Below, piece by piece: positions 47,789 through 56,618 of a stretch of DNA of 64,000 nucleotides; position 1 is the stretch's first letter; each line of letters opens with the position of its first letter. The DNA lies in contig JACRDU010000094.1 in assembly GCA_016218495.1 (NCBI GenBank), forward strand, positions 42,608-106,607, written 5' to 3'. The notes beneath the pieces are model-generated. The model was not told where the DNA came from and ran no database searches. It saw only the letters and a list, made by a program, of their open reading frames with translations. The translations under genes were made by a program, and so were the position numbers. The stretch is from Elusimicrobiota bacterium (GTDB lineage Bacteria; Elusimicrobiota; Elusimicrobia; UBA1565).

Positions 47789-50421
47789 AGAGGCTCCATC
47801 TCGTCCCAATTCGGCCCGGCCTTCAGGTCGACGACGACGGGCACCTGCAGAGGGACCGCCTTCTCCATGAGGCCCTTGGCCCAGGCGCCGAAGGCCTCCG
47901 CCTCCTTGCGCTCGACCTCGAAGACGAGCTCGTCATGGACCTGAAGCAGCATCCGGGCCCCCTTCCGCCCGGCGCCCATCTCGGCATGGATGTCGACCAT
48001 CGCCTTCTTGATGATGTCGGCCGAGCCGCCTTGGATGGGGGTGTTCACCGCCATCCGCTCGGCGCCCATGCGCAGGCGCGGGTTCTTGGCGGCCAGCTCG
48101 GGGAAGCGGCGGACCCGGCCGAGCAGGGTGCGCACGCAGCCCTCCTGCTTGGCGGAAGCCATGGTCTGGTCGAGCCACCTCTTGACCCCGGCGTAGCGGG
48201 CGAAATAGCCCTTGATGAACTCCTGGGCCTCCTTCTGGCTGATGCCCAGGCCCCGCGCCAGGCCGAAACCGGTCTGCCCGTAGACCACCCCGAAGTTGAC
48301 GGCCTTGGCGCGCCGCCGCATCTCCTTGTCCACCGATTCGAGCGGGACGCCGAAGACCTCCGAGGCCGTCCGGGCATGGACGTCCCCTCCGGAGCGGAAC
48401 GCGTCGACCAAGGCCGGGTCCGCGGAAAGGTGGGCGAGGACGCGCAGGTCGATCTGGGAGTAGTCGGCCGACAGCAGGACCTTCCCGGCCGGGGCCACGA
48501 AGGCCCGGCGGATGCGCCGACCCAGCGGCGTGCGCACCGGGATGTTCTGCAGGTTGGGGTCCGAGCTGGAGAGCCGGCCCGTGGCCGTGCCCGCCTGGTC
48601 GAAGTGGGTCCGCACGCGGCCGTCTACGGGGTCGCGCTTGGCCAGCAGCGCCTCGACATAGGTCGACTGGAGCTTGGTGATCTCGCGCCAGTCGAGGACG
48701 AGCCGCGGGACCGGATGATGGGCCGAGAGGACGGCCAGCGCCTCTTCGTCGGTGGACCGGCCGCCCTTGTCCGTCTCGTGGGGGACCGGCAGGCTGAGCT
48801 CGTCGTAGAGGTAGGCCGAGAGCTGCTTGGTGGAGGCGATGTTCACCGGGCGTCCGGCGGCGTTCTCGACCTCGCGCAGCACCTGCGCGATGCGCGCCGC
48901 GAACTCCGTGCGCAGCCGCGAGAGGTAGCCGGCGTCGACCAGCACGCCGGCGGCCTCCATCTCATCGAGCACGGCGCGCGCCGGCAGCTCGAGGCCGGCG
49001 TAGAGCCCGCCGAGGCCGGCGGCCTCGAGCTCGCCCTCGAGCACGCCGAGGAGCGCCGGAACCGAGGCGGCGCGGCGCGCCAGGCCCGCATCCCCTCCCA
49101 GCGCGGCCCCCCGGGACTCGAGCAGGCTGGGCAGGTCGGGCCTGCGGGAAGGCTCCAGACAATAAGCGGCGAGATAGGTGTCTCCCGCGGCCCCGCCCAG
49201 CGTGATGCACTCGCCGCGCAGCAGGCGGGAGACCTCCTTGAGGTCATGCCCCACCTTCCTCGGCACAGGGGCGGACAGGAGGGCCTCCAGGGCCTTGCGG
49301 TTCTTGGAGAACGCCATGCCTTCGAAGACCGCCGTGCCGCCGTCCGGCAGGGCCAGTGCGATATGCGGGGTCCCGTCCGAGAGCAGGTCGGCCTGGGGCG
49401 AGGGCTCCGCGGCCACCGAGACCAGCGCGGCCTTGGCGGCGGCCTTGAGCAGGGCGGCGGGGTCGGTTTCCTTGTAAGAGAAGGCAAGGGGGGCCCCGGG
49501 GGCGCTCCGGGCCCCGTCGGCCGCCGGGACGGCGGGGGCGGGGGCGGGTGCGCCGAGCTCGCGCAGCAGGCTGAAGAACTCCAGCCGGGTGAAGAGCTCT
49601 GCCAGGCCCTGCGCCTTGCCCAGGGCCGCGACGCAGGCCCCGGGCTGCAGGGGGACGGGGGCCTTGGATTCGAGGCGGATGAGCCCCCGCCCCTTCAGGA
49701 CGGCCGCCTCGCCGTCGAGGAAGGCCTTGGCGACGCGCTCGGGGATGTCGGCATGCCCCTTGTGGGCGGCCTTCAATATCCCGTCCAGGGTCTGGAACTT
49801 GGAAAGGAGCGTCACGGCCCCGACGGGCCCGACACCGGCCACGCCCTTCACGTTGTCGGAAGAGTCGCCCACGATGGCGAGGTAGTCCACGAGCTGGTCG
49901 GGGCGGACCTTGAACTTCTCCTCGACCCTGCCCGCGTCGAAGAGGACGCCCTTCGCCTCGTTCCAGACCTTGACCCGGTCGTCGACCAGCTGCAGCGCGT
50001 CCTTGTCCCCGCTGACCAGGACGACCTTGAGCCCTTCGGCGACACCCCGTGCGGCCAAGGTTGCCATCAGGTCGTCGGCCTCGAAGCCGGGGACGGCGGC
50101 CGTGGGGAGGCCCATGACCCGCACCATCTCCTCGGCCAGGCCCAGCTGCTTCTTGAGGTCGGCGTCGGTCTCCGCGCGCTGGGCCTTGTATTCGGCGTAG
50201 GCCTTGTGCCGGAAGGTGGGCTCCGGCGTGTCGAAGCAGACGGCGACGAAGTCGGGCTTCTGCTTCTTGAGCAGGCCTACGAGCATCCGCGCGAAGCCGT
50301 AGAGGGCGCCGACCGGCTCCCCCGCCTTGGTGGTCAGGGGAGGCAACGCATGGGACGCCCGGTGAAGGTAGGCGTGCGCGTCGATCAGGTAGAGTGATTT
50401 CTCGGCGGTCTTCGTCGACAT
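47785..50421 (-). CDS. polA: DNA polymerase I (5'-3' nuclease plus polymerase; the 3'-5' exonuclease motifs appear degenerate).
   Basis: N-terminal 5' nuclease (…LYLIDAHAYLHRA…GFEADDLMATLA…). Polymerase motifs A (LLSADYSQIDLRVLAHLS), B (RRRAKAVNFGVVYGQT) and C (QVHDELVFE). No clear DxE / YxxxD exonuclease motifs in the middle domain. Confidence 0.9.
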   Translation of the reverse strand: MSTKTAEKSLYLIDAHAYLHRASHALPPLTTKAGEPVGALYGFARMLVGLLKKQKPDFVAVCFDTPEPTFRHKAYAEYKAQRAETDADLKKQLGLAEEMVRVMGLPTAAVPGFEADDLMATLAARGVAEGLKVVLVSGDKDALQLVDDRVKVWNEAKGVLFDAGRVEEKFKVRPDQLVDYLAIVGDSSDNVKGVAGVGPVGAVTLLSKFQTLDGILKAAHKGHADIPERVAKAFLDGEAAVLKGRGLIRLESKAPVPLQPGACVAALGKAQGLAELFTRLEFFSLLRELGAPAPAPAVPAADGARSAPGAPLAFSYKETDPAALLKAAAKAALVSVAAEPSPQADLLSDGTPHIALALPDGGTAVFEGMAFSKNRKALEALLSAPVPRKVGHDLKEVSRLLRGECITLGGAAGDTYLAAYCLEPSRRPDLPSLLESRGAALGGDAGLARRAASVPALLGVLEGELEAAGLGGLYAGLELPARAVLDEMEAAGVLVDAGYLSRLRTEFAARIAQVLREVENAAGRPVNIASTKQLSAYLYDELSLPVPHETDKGGRSTDEEALAVLSAHHPVPRLVLDWREITKLQSTYVEALLAKRDPVDGRVRTHFDQAGTATGRLSSSDPNLQNIPVRTPLGRRIRRAFVAPAGKVLLSADYSQIDLRVLAHLSADPALVDAFRSGGDVHARTASEVFGVPLESVDKEMRRRAKAVNFGVVYGQTGFGLARGLGISQKEAQEFIKGYFARYAGVKRWLDQTMASAKQEGCVRTLLGRVRRFPELAAKNPRLRMGAERMAVNTPIQGGSADIIKKAMVDIHAEMGAGRKGARMLLQVHDELVFEVERKEAEAFGAWAKGLMEKAVPLQVPVVVDLKAGPNWDEMEPL

Positions 50422-50441
50422 CGTACGGTACGTCGGACCCG

Positions 50442-51008
50442 TCAGCCGGCCTTCAACGCCTCGCGAACGGCCTTCTCCATCCCTTCATGCACGGTCTGGT
50501 CGTACCCGAACCACTGCGTCAGGACCCTGCCTTCCCTGTCTATCAGGAAGGCCTGCGGCAGCCCCCGGAGCTTGTAGGCCTCGCGGGCCGCCTCATCCTC
50601 ATCGAGGAGCACCGTATAGGTCATCCGGTGCTCTTTTACGTAGTCCGGCACGGCATCGGCGACCGAATCGACACTGACGCCCACGACCTCAAGGCCCGAC
50701 CCCTTGAACTCGCGATAGAGCCGGTCCAGGGCCGGCACCGACTCCTCGCACGGGCCACAGTAGGTGGCCCAGAAGTCGAGGAGGAGCACCTTGCCCCTGA
50801 AATCGCCCAGGCGGACGGTCTTGCCCGCGAGGTCCTTCAGCGCGAAGTCCGCCGCCGGGGGCGCCGCCTTCCCGGCCTCGGGGGCCGGGCGGCAGGCCGC
50901 CAGCGCCAGCAGGGCGCAGGCAAAGAGTCTAGTTGACCAGTTCGTCGAGGGTCTTCTTGATGTCGGCCTTGGAGTGAACGCCGACGAGCTGGTGTTCGAC
51001 CTTGCCAT
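50442..51008 (-). CDS. TlpA/ResA-like periplasmic thiol-disulfide oxidoreductase (thioredoxin fold, lipoprotein-like N-terminus).
   Basis: WATYCGPCEE (CxxC) and TlpA-like context (…LLLDFWATYCGPC…GLEVVGVSVD…). Hydrophobic/lipobox-like LFACALLALAAC. The only ATG/GTG/TTG start in frame (51008) lies 80 nt inside trxA, so the start is uncertain. Confidence 0.65.
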   Translation of the reverse strand: MARSNTSSSAFTPRPTSRRPSTNWSTRLFACALLALAACRPAPEAGKAAPPAADFALKDLAGKTVRLGDFRGKVLLLDFWATYCGPCEESVPALDRLYREFKGSGLEVVGVSVDSVADAVPDYVKEHRMTYTVLLDEDEAAREAYKLRGLPQAFLIDREGRVLTQWFGYDQTVHEGMEKAVREALKAG

Positions 51009-51252
51009 TCTTGAAGAAGAGCATCGTTGGAATCGCGGAGATGTTGAAGCGGGTCGCCGCGTTGGGGTTGTCGTCCGTGTTGAGCTTGGTGACCTTGACC
51101 TTCCCCGCGTACTCCTTGGCCAGCTCTTCGACGATAGGGCCCAGCATCCGGCACGGGCCGCACCAGGGCGCCCAGAAATCGACCAGCACGGGCTGCGGGC
51201 TCGTCAGGACCTCTTTATCGAAGGTGTCGTCGGTGAGCTGGAGTTCGGACAT
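50929..51252 (-). CDS. trxA: Thioredoxin.
   Basis: 107 aa; WAPWCGPCRM active site. RBS CCAGGAGG. Confidence 0.9.
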   Translation of the reverse strand: MSELQLTDDTFDKEVLTSPQPVLVDFWAPWCGPCRMLGPIVEELAKEYAGKVKVTKLNTDDNPNAATRFNISAIPTMLFFKNGKVEHQLVGVHSKADIKKTLDELVN

Positions 51253-51311
51253 CGGGGACTGCCTCCTGGGTGGCGGGAAATCGTCGGGGATGTGAGTCGT
51301 ACGACAAGACG

Positions 51312-51340
51312 ATGATAGCAGGGAGACCCCGCCTTGTCAA
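51312..51340 (-). promoter_or_regulatory. Putative sigma70-like promoter for trxA (TTGACA-17-TATCAT).
   Basis: Minus-strand reading agcattgacaaggcggggtctccctgcTATCATcgtc…(≈60-nt leader)…ccaggaggcagtccccATG. It lies immediately after the REC gene stop. Confidence 0.5.
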
Positions 51341-51342
51341 TG

Positions 51343-51726
51343 CTAGCGCTCGATGAGGTAGTGGATCTCTTCCCAGAGGGCGTCCAGGTTGATCGGCTTG
51401 GACAGGTAGGCGTCGGCGCCGGTCAGGAGCCCCTCGGCCCGGTCGGCGGGCTCCGTGTACTTCGCCGAGAGCATCACGACGGGGATGCCCTTGAGCCGAG
51501 GGTCCCGCTTCATCCGGCGGCACAGCTCGATGCCGTTGCCGTCGGGGAGCTGCACGTCGAGCAGGACCAAGGCGGGCAGCCTCTCCGCCATCACCCGTAA
51601 GGCGTCGCCGGCCGACACGGCCCCCTCGACGGCCACGTCCTTCAGGGACATGGCGTCGGCCAAGGTCTCCCGGAAATGGCTGTCGTCGTCGACGAGCAGG
51701 ACCGCCGTCTTCGTCGCGGCGGTCAT
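51343..51726 (-). CDS. Stand-alone receiver (CheY-like REC) domain protein.
   Basis: Start re-derived at MTAATKTAVLLVDDD…; phospho-acceptor context ALVLLDVQLPDGNG; …PVVMLSAKYT…; ~127 aa. The ATG overlaps the stop of the M50-S8 gene (ATGA). The long 5' extension of ORF 51343..52086 is rejected. Confidence 0.75.
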   Translation of the reverse strand: MTAATKTAVLLVDDDSHFRETLADAMSLKDVAVEGAVSAGDALRVMAERLPALVLLDVQLPDGNGIELCRRMKRDPRLKGIPVVMLSAKYTEPADRAEGLLTGADAYLSKPINLDALWEEIHYLIER

Positions 51727-54700
51727 TTGGCCCCGCCCATAATCCACAAGGACAGCCGGGACACCCAGCCCGGGGCGGCGGGGGCGAAGCCCTCGGCCAG
51801 GAGCTTGTCGTAGGCGGCCTTCACCGAGTTGAAGCCGGAGCCGATGGAGGCCTCGCTCTGGTTGAGCTCGTTGGTCAGGGTCGCCATCACGGCGTTGACG
51901 ATGGCGTCGAGCTTCGCGCCCTTCTCGGTCACGCCGAACATCATCGCCAGCAGCGCCAGCGTGCCGGCGAACTTGGGCGTGGACATCGAGGTGCCGGAGA
52001 TGGCCCGGGTCTTTCCGCCCGGCCAGGCGCCCTCGGTGTCGTTGCCCTGCTCGGCGGCCTCGGGCTTGCGCGGGTAGTCCTTCCACTCCCCGCCGCGGCG
52101 GGTCACGGCGGAGCCGGGGCCCTTCGAGGAGAAGCTCGTGACCGTCTTGTTCTTGTCGGTGGCCGCGATGGAGAGCACGCGGTAGGCTCCCGTCTTCGCA
52201 TCCTTATAATAGGCGATGGCCGGGGAGCCGATGCTGTTCGCCCCCGCGTAGCCGTTGTTGCCGGCGGCGAAGACCATGATGTGGCCCTCTTCCGCCAGCT
52301 TCTTGACCAGCTGGGAGTCCGGGCTGGCCGGGTCCCCGCCGTCGTCGCCCCAGGAGTTCGACATGATGATGTTGCCGTCGTTGGCCGCCATCGTCAGCCC
52401 CTTGAGCACGTCGTCGGTGGTCGCCCCGCCGTCGGTGAAGGCCTTGTAGTGGGTGATGCTCTTGAGCCAGGGGGCATAGTTGAGGACCATCGAGGTCACC
52501 CAGGTCCCATGTCCGTTGTCGTCGATGCCGTCGCCGTTGGGCCGGACGTCCTTGTGCCCGGCCAGGCCGGGCTTGACCAGGGGGTGCTCGATGTCCACGC
52601 CCGTGTCGATGACGGCCACCTTGGGCTGGGCCGGGGCGTCGCCGAAGAGCCGCAGCAGGCTGCGGGCCAGCCAGGACCGGAAGCCCACCCCGGGGGCCCC
52701 CCAGCGCGCGCGGGCGATCTCATGGACCTTGTCCGCGGCGGAGAGCTTCAGGGTGTCCTTCATCGAGATGGAACCCCATTGGGTCTCGCTGGCCGGCCGC
52801 ACCGCGCCGGGCGTGTCTTCGATGGGGCGCACGATGGAGCGCGCCTCGTTCTGGTAGACCTTGAAGCCGCGCGCGGCCATATCGGCCTCGAACCGCTCCG
52901 CGGCCGCGAGCGGGACGCGGATGGAGGCCGTGTTGATGCGCTTGTAGGCCGCGACCGGGGCCGCGCCGTAGATGGAGAGGGCCTGGGCTCCGAGGCCGGC
53001 CGCCTCGAGCTCGGCCGACAGCGCCCCCTGCTGGCTGGCGAAGAGGGTGACGCCGCCGGGCCGGGTGACGTCGATGAGCCCGAGGTGGATGTCGGAGCCC
53101 AAGGGCCGCTGGGTTCCCTGGAGCTGCACGAGCACCAGCTTGGATTCAGGCATGGGGGCCGCGGCGGGAGCGGAGGGCGACCCGGGGGCCGCCGCCAGGC
53201 TCATGAAGAGGGCCAGCGGCAGGAAGAGGGCGCTCGTCACGCCCGTGATGAGTCCCATCAGGGCCCCGCCGCCGTACATCAGGGTGAGCACCAGGCCGTA
53301 GAGCTGGAGCCCCGCATGCCGGTCGAGCCAGGCCGCAGCGCCCGGCGCCTTGAGCCAATCGGCGACGACATGGCGCACGATGTGGTGGCCGTCGAGCGGG
53401 AAGAACGGCAGCAGGTTGAAGATGCCGAGCATCACGTTGAAGAGGACGAAGGCGTGCGCGGCGGCCGCCGCAAGGCCGCCGATGCCCGCAGCCGCCAGGC
53501 CGATCCCGGCGGCCGCGCCGAGCAGGGCCAGGGCGAAGTTGACGGCGGGGCCGGCGAAGGCGATCTTCGCCATGTCGGCGCCCGGCTTGCGCAGGTTCTG
53601 CTCCTTGACCTGGACGGGGACGGCCCCGCCGAAGAGGAGGCCGGTGAAGGCCAGGGTCAGCAGCGGCACCGCTATGGTCATCAGCGGGCTGATGTGGGTC
53701 AAGAGGTCGCGCGGGGTCCAGCCCAGACGGCCCTGCAGGCGGGCCGTGGGGTCGCCCAGCTTATCGGCCGCCTTGGCGTGGCCCATCTCATGGAGGATCA
53801 GCGAAGGGACGACGAAGGCCGCGTACAGCGGGGCCATCACGAAGAAAGCGGGGGAGATGGCGTGGGTCAGGACGCCGACGCCCAGGCCCGCGCCGAGCAG
53901 GAGCGCCGAGCCGGCCCAGGTGCTGACGAAGCGGCCGGCCGCGCCGAAGCGGGAGACCCAGGACGGGGACATCATGCTGAAGAGCTCGGAGCTCCCGCCG
54001 CGCTCCCCGCCGAAGTCGGGGTCGGAGCGGTCGTCGGGCCCGCCTTCGCCGCCGCGCCGGGGCGTGTTGCCCAGGTCGTCGAGGCCGTCGGTGGAATCGG
54101 GGCTGTCGGCGGGGTTCCCCTTCGTCTCATCGGGCATGCCCTTGGACTTGGCCAGACCCGAGCGCGAGGAAGACGCGCCCTTGGCGGCGTTGAAGGTCCC
54201 GCCGACCTGGCCGGCGCGCGCCGCGGAGCCGTCGAAGAGGCGGCCCAGCGCGGAGGGGCCGGTCCAGCCCTTGCGCACGGAAGAGAACAGGCCGTCGTTG
54301 CCGCCCCGGTCCCCGCCGTAGTCGGGGTCGGAGCGGTCGTCGGGCCCGCCTTCGCCGCCGCGCCGGGGCGTGTTGCCCAGGTCGTCGAGGCCGTCGGCGG
54401 AGTCCGGGCTGTCGGCGGGAGTCCCCGTCGTCTCATCCGGCATCGCCTTGTCCTTCTTGAATTCGGAACGGTAGGCGGAGGCGCCGGGCACGGAGAGCGG
54501 CAGGGCGGCGGCGGCTTGCGCGGCGGCGGTCGTCTCGGCGCGCGGGATGGAGACGACGGGCAGCCCGAGGCTCGGGGAGACCAAGGCGCCGGGCGTCGCC
54601 AGGCCGAGGGCGCCCGGCTTGACCATCGTGACGGCGCCCGCCGCCCCGATGGAGCCGACGGGGCTCACGCCCGTCGCAGTGGGAGCGGCCATCCTGCCGA

Positions 54701-54788
54701 GCTGGGCCCAGGCGTTGGAGCCGGGGGCGAGCGCGATGAGGGAGAGGGAAATGGAGAGGGCGACGGCGGAGCGCAGTGTCTTGGTCAT
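51723..54788 (-). CDS. Multidomain protease: signal peptide, acidic tandem repeats, M50 (site-2-protease-like) intramembrane metalloprotease domain and a C-terminal S8 subtilisin-like serine protease.
   Basis: Start re-derived at MTKTLRSAVALSISLSLIALAPGSNAWAQ (AAGGAGG ~18 nt upstream). M50 motifs LILHEMGHAKAA (HExxH in TM) and FNLLPFFPLDGHH (NxxPxxxLDG). S8 triad VAVIDTGVD (Asp), DNGHGTWVTS (His), SGTSMSTPKFAG (Ser). The upstream part of ORF 51723..56135 is Arg/Gly-rich shadow and is rejected. Confidence 0.65.
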   Translation of the reverse strand: MTKTLRSAVALSISLSLIALAPGSNAWAQLGRMAAPTATGVSPVGSIGAAGAVTMVKPGALGLATPGALVSPSLGLPVVSIPRAETTAAAQAAAALPLSVPGASAYRSEFKKDKAMPDETTGTPADSPDSADGLDDLGNTPRRGGEGGPDDRSDPDYGGDRGGNDGLFSSVRKGWTGPSALGRLFDGSAARAGQVGGTFNAAKGASSSRSGLAKSKGMPDETKGNPADSPDSTDGLDDLGNTPRRGGEGGPDDRSDPDFGGERGGSSELFSMMSPSWVSRFGAAGRFVSTWAGSALLLGAGLGVGVLTHAISPAFFVMAPLYAAFVVPSLILHEMGHAKAADKLGDPTARLQGRLGWTPRDLLTHISPLMTIAVPLLTLAFTGLLFGGAVPVQVKEQNLRKPGADMAKIAFAGPAVNFALALLGAAAGIGLAAAGIGGLAAAAAHAFVLFNVMLGIFNLLPFFPLDGHHIVRHVVADWLKAPGAAAWLDRHAGLQLYGLVLTLMYGGGALMGLITGVTSALFLPLALFMSLAAAPGSPSAPAAAPMPESKLVLVQLQGTQRPLGSDIHLGLIDVTRPGGVTLFASQQGALSAELEAAGLGAQALSIYGAAPVAAYKRINTASIRVPLAAAERFEADMAARGFKVYQNEARSIVRPIEDTPGAVRPASETQWGSISMKDTLKLSAADKVHEIARARWGAPGVGFRSWLARSLLRLFGDAPAQPKVAVIDTGVDIEHPLVKPGLAGHKDVRPNGDGIDDNGHGTWVTSMVLNYAPWLKSITHYKAFTDGGATTDDVLKGLTMAANDGNIIMSNSWGDDGGDPASPDSQLVKKLAEEGHIMVFAAGNNGYAGANSIGSPAIAYYKDAKTGAYRVLSIAATDKNKTVTSFSSKGPGSAVTRRGGEWKDYPRKPEAAEQGNDTEGAWPGGKTRAISGTSMSTPKFAGTLALLAMMFGVTEKGAKLDAIVNAVMATLTNELNQSEASIGSGFNSVKAAYDKLLAEGFAPAAPGWVSRLSLWIMGGAK
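54000..54450. repeat. Two ~150-bp near-identical direct repeats (spaced ~300 bp) encoding acidic Pro/Asp/Gly-rich modules in the M50-S8 protein.
   Basis: 54005-54150 vs 54308-54450 are almost identical. The protein modules are K(A/G)MPDET(T/K)G(T/N)PADSPDS(A/T)DGLDDLGNTPRRGGEGGPDDRSDPD(Y/F)GG(D/E)RGG. Confidence 0.75.
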
Positions 54789-54929
54789 GGCCCCATTGTA
54801 GCGGCCGCCTCCTTCCTTAGTATGAGACCGAGGGCCCAGCGGGGGGGCGTTATAGGGCCCAACAGGACGTGGGACGGCGGGACCGCCCCCCGGGGCCGTT
54901 GGACCCCCCGCGAATGCTAAGCTTGCTAC

Positions 54930-56618
54930 GTGTCGGCAGCCCTCCTCGCGCTGATGCTCTTCGCCCCTGCCCCCGCCGGGGCGGCCGGGCAGGGCGACCC
55001 GGTCCTGGACGCTCTGAGCGCCGAGCTGTCGCGCTCCTTCTCGGGCCTGCGCCGCAAGCACCCGGCCCCGCCGCTGTACTACCTCTCCTATCAGGCCCTG
55101 GAGACCCGCTCCCTCGGCCATACCGCCGTCCTCGGCTCGATGCTCGCCGAGTCCGAATCCGCTTCGCGCACCCTCGACGTCGATGTCCGCGTCGGCAGCC
55201 CGCTGCTCGACAACACACACGAGATCAAGGGCGCCGAGAGCGCCGGCCACGAGGACGCCTCGACCTCCGGCCCCCTGCCGCTGGGCGACGACCCGCTCGC
55301 GCTCAGGATGGCGGCCTGGGCCTTGACCGACATGGCCTTCAAGGACGCCCAGGCCCGCTACACGAAGACCACGGCCGACCGGGCGGTCAGCGCGGACGAG
55401 AGCGACACTTCGGGGGATTTCACGCTTCAAGAGGGCCTGCGGCACTCCGAGCCGCCCCCCCCCGCCCCGCGAGACCCCGGCCCCTGGCGCGAGCGCCTGC
55501 GCCGGGTCTCGGCGCGGGCGGCGCGCCACCCCGCCCTCGTCTCGTCGCAGGTCTCCCTGTCCCAGGATTCCGTGCGGTCCTGGTTCGTGGACTCGCAGGG
55601 CGCGGCGCTGGCGACCTCGGAGACCTCGGTCCGCCTCGACCTGTCGCTGACGGCCCGCACCACCGACGGGATGGCCCTCGACCGGAGCGCGTCCTGGACG
55701 GCCCGTACCCCGGACGGGCTCCCGTCGGAGGAGGAGGCCGCGCTGACCCTCGACCGTCTGGCCGGAGAGCTCCGCGCGCTGTCGACCGCGCCCGACGCCG
55801 TCCCCTACCACGGCCCGGCCGTGTTCGGGTCGACCGCCGCGGCCGTGCTCTTCCACGAAATCCTCGGCCACCGCCTCGAAGGGCAGCGCCAGAAGCTCGA
55901 GTCCGAGGGACAGACCTTCGCGACGAAGCTGGGCCAACCCGTCACGGCCCCGTTCATCTCCGTCTTCGACGACCCGACTCTGGACTCCCTGGCCGGTTTC
56001 CCGCTGGCGGGCCATTACCGCTTCGACGACGAAGGCCGCCCGGCCGAGCGGGTCGACCTGGTCAAGGACGGCCGCCTGACGGGCTTTCTGATGTCGAGCA
56101 TGCCCATCGCCGCGTTCCCGCGCTCGAACGGGCATGGACGCCGCTCCCCCGGCCGCAGGGCCGTGGCGCGCATGGCCAACCTCGTGGTCTCCGCTTCGAC
56201 GACGGTGCCGTCGGCGGACCTGCGGGACCTCCTGCGCGCCGAGCTCCTACGCCAGAAGAAGCCCTGGGGGCTCTGGTTCTCCGACGTCGAGAGCGGCTAC
56301 ACCACGACGACGCGCGACGCCACCCAAGCCTTCGAGGTCGACCCCAAGCTGGTCTACCGGGTCTGGGCCGACGGAAGGCCCGACGAACCCGTGCGCGGAG
56401 TCAACATCGTCGGGACCCCGCTGACCTCGTTCACCAAGATCATCGCCGCTGCCGACGACATGGGGGTCTTCAACGGCGTCTGCGGCGCGGAGTCCGGCTG
56501 GGTCTCCGTCTCGGCCGCCTCCCCCAGCCTCCTGTTCAGCGAAATCGAGGTGGAGAAGGGGGTCAAGGACGCCGAGCGCCCGCCGCTCCTGGCCCCCCCC
56601 GCCCAGGACAAGCGATGA
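54930..56618 (+). CDS. Secreted TldD-like metallopeptidase (TldD/PmbA family, HExxxH-containing subunit).
   Basis: GTG start; signal peptide MSAALLALMLFAPAPAGAAG. TldD motifs FHEILGHRLEG (HExxxH), RSNGHGRR, GVFNGVCGAESGWVSVSAASPSLLF. Confidence 0.75.
   Translation: MSAALLALMLFAPAPAGAAGQGDPVLDALSAELSRSFSGLRRKHPAPPLYYLSYQALETRSLGHTAVLGSMLAESESASRTLDVDVRVGSPLLDNTHEIKGAESAGHEDASTSGPLPLGDDPLALRMAAWALTDMAFKDAQARYTKTTADRAVSADESDTSGDFTLQEGLRHSEPPPPAPRDPGPWRERLRRVSARAARHPALVSSQVSLSQDSVRSWFVDSQGAALATSETSVRLDLSLTARTTDGMALDRSASWTARTPDGLPSEEEAALTLDRLAGELRALSTAPDAVPYHGPAVFGSTAAAVLFHEILGHRLEGQRQKLESEGQTFATKLGQPVTAPFISVFDDPTLDSLAGFPLAGHYRFDDEGRPAERVDLVKDGRLTGFLMSSMPIAAFPRSNGHGRRSPGRRAVARMANLVVSASTTVPSADLRDLLRAELLRQKKPWGLWFSDVESGYTTTTRDATQAFEVDPKLVYRVWADGRPDEPVRGVNIVGTPLTSFTKIIAAADDMGVFNGVCGAESGWVSVSAASPSLLFSEIEVEKGVKDAERPPLLAPPAQDKR

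Noticed and set aside
51723-56135. 1470-aa minus-strand ORF.
   Set aside because: The real gene starts at MTKTLRS (54788). The upstream 450 aa are Arg/Gly/Pro-rich shadow overlapping the plus-strand TldD-like gene.
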